64,000 nucleotides of DNA from positions 2,790,001 to 2,854,000 of the forward strand of contig JBHGNT010000013.1 in the NCBI GenBank assembly GCA_043228905.1, given 5' to 3'. Positions 62,377 to 64,000 of the stretch are shown one piece after another; the stretch's first letter is position 1, and the number at the start of each line of letters is the position of its first letter. Origin of the DNA: Azolla caroliniana. Lineage: Eukaryota > Plantae > Polypodiophyta. A program made the position numbers and the translations under genes. The notes beneath the pieces are model-generated. The model did not search any database and was not told where the DNA came from. It saw nothing but the letters and a program-made list of their open reading frames with translations.

Positions 62377-64000
62377 GAAGAGGTCGTTGCCTCTGTGTAT
62401 TACCGCCACCTGTGGCGAAGACAGTGAGCTCAAGGTTGTTGCCTTGTGACTTCACCATTGTACATCTCTGTTCATAGTGATAGTTGGAGTTGGAGGACTT
62501 CCGTGGTTTTTTCCCATTTAGGGTTTTCCACGTAAAACATCCTGTGTACTTTTCTCTCTATTATCTTCGTGCATTTTGTATTTTCCTATTTTCTGTGAGT
62601 TGATCCTATTCCTCGGTTGTGGTCGAGCACCGTGTTCAACAAAGTGGTATCAGAGCACGGTTAACACAGAAAATGGAAGGCGGCGGTAGTGGGCCTCCGG
62701 GCATGATGGTGTTGAACTCACAGAACTACGCCGACTGGAAGATAAAGATGGAAGACCTTCTCATCGTCCGAGACCTGTACGAACCGATCGACAATGCCGA
62801 GATACCCAAGGGGGTAATAGAGTCGGAGTGGAAGCTCCTGAACCGGAAAGCCGTAGCGACGATCCGGCAATATGTAGATGTAAGTGTTCTGCAGCATGTG
62901 GCGAACGACACCAACGCATATGAGATGTGGAAGAAGCTGTCGGGCCTCTACGAGAGGAAGAATGCGTTGAACCGGACCTCCCTGATGAGGAAGATAGTGA
63001 ACCTCAAGTACCGGGACGGCGAGAATATGGTGGAACACGTGAGCACGTTCATGGGATTCGTGAACCAGCTTGCGGCGATCAAGTTCCCGTTGGAGGATGC
63101 AATGCAAGCCATCATTCTGATGTGTACATTGCCGGAAAGCTGGGAGAACTTGGTGGTGACTCTCAGCACCTCCTGCACCGAAGATAACTTGTCTCTACAA
63201 ACGGTAAAGACAAGCATTTTGAACGAAGAAGCGCGTCGGAGAGATAAAGAACCGGTTTCCGATCCGAAGATGCTGCTTGCCGAATCGGATCGGGGAAGAC
63301 AATGGAACCGGAGTCCGCAAAGACGGGAGAAGTCGGGGACCCGGTCGCAATCAAGAGGAAGACCCACATGCTTCCACTGTGGGAAGCCGGGGCACTTCCG
63401 GAAAAATTGTCGGCATTACCGAAAGGACAACGGAGCCGACGACACCGATTCGAAGAAGTCACCGGAGAGAAACGGTGCATACCGGGGAGCCACGGACCGG
63501 AGAGGTCCGGATCGGCGAGGGCAGGACCGGAAAGGAACGACGGCACTCGCGGCAAGTGAAGAAGAGATAATGCTCATTACCGAAGAGAGGGAGCTGAACC
63601 TTGCCGGTGTAGAGATGACCTGGGTGGTCGATTCCGGAGCGTCGTTCCACCTGACCCCGGAGAAGAAATACTTCTCATCCTACACAGCCGGTGAGCACGG
63701 CTGTGTCCGGATGGGAAATGAAGGCACATGTCGGATTGCCGGCATAGGAGACGTGTGGCTGATGACATCAACCGGATGCAAGATGCTGCTGAAGGATGTA
63801 CGACACGTTCCGGAGGTCCGATTGAACCTGATTTCGGCCGGGAGGCTAGACGATGAAGGCTACACGGGTAGCATCCGGAACGGTGTCATGAAGTTCAGCA
63901 AAGGGAGCCTGATAGTGGCTCGGGCCCGGAAGGTCAACACGCTGTACCTGATGAATTCCCGGCTATGTCCGGAGGAGCTGAACGTGGTAGCCGATACTGC
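61993..64000 (+). mobile_element. Ty1/copia group A, copy A4 (5' part), probably young
   Basis: LTR 61993-62641, PBS TGGTATCAGAGC 62645-62656, gag ATG at 62673. Confidence 0.95.
62673..64000 (+). CDS. Gag-Pol of A4 (partial; open to the window edge)
   Basis: MEGGGSGPPGMMVLNSQNY..., close to A3; no stop seen before 64000, which would explain its absence from the ORF track. Confidence 0.9.
   Translation, partial: MEGGGSGPPGMMVLNSQNYADWKIKMEDLLIVRDLYEPIDNAEIPKGVIESEWKLLNRKAVATIRQYVDVSVLQHVANDTNAYEMWKKLSGLYERKNALNRTSLMRKIVNLKYRDGENMVEHVSTFMGFVNQLAAIKFPLEDAMQAIILMCTLPESWENLVVTLSTSCTEDNLSLQTVKTSILNEEARRRDKEPVSDPKMLLAESDRGRQWNRSPQRREKSGTRSQSRGRPTCFHCGKPGHFRKNCRHYRKDNGADDTDSKKSPERNGAYRGATDRRGPDRRGQDRKGTTALAASEEEIMLITEERELNLAGVEMTWVVDSGASFHLTPEKKYFSSYTAGEHGCVRMGNEGTCRIAGIGDVWLMTSTGCKMLLKDVRHVPEVRLNLISAGRLDDEGYTGSIRNGVMKFSKGSLIVARARKVNTLYLMNSRLCPEELNVVADT

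Overview
This window is eukaryotic (plant) DNA made almost entirely of nested transposable elements, and I found no host gene. The mix of Tcn1-like Gypsy remnants and an RTEX-like LINE suggests a non-seed land plant such as a fern, lycophyte or bryophyte (inference). About 20 insertions were resolved by eye from LTR termini, PBS/PPT and target-site duplications (TSDs). Two are young and intact: a Ty3/gypsy chromovirus (10977-17993, LTRs identical by eye, non-canonical TG...TA ends) and a Tork/Tnt1-like Ty1/copia (53406-58771, 2 LTR differences). A sister copia (61993 to the window end) is open as far as it can be seen. The rest are decayed copia and gypsy copies, solo LTRs, two non-autonomous TIR elements and an RT-less LINE. 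The strongest unexplained signals are: (1) the 1.7-kb chromovirus leader, which has intron-like splice signals enclosing five regularly spaced hairpins, suggesting a retrovirus-like spliced mRNA versus packaged genomic RNA; (2) a similar hairpin conserved with covariation in unrelated copia LTRs; (3) a conserved base-pairing switch and duplicated PPT with a charged C-terminal Pol extension in a second copia group; (4) two very different Gag capsid types on a near-identical Pol backbone; (5) heat-shock-element arrays in two LTR families. All coordinates, counts and identities were read manually and need computational confirmation.
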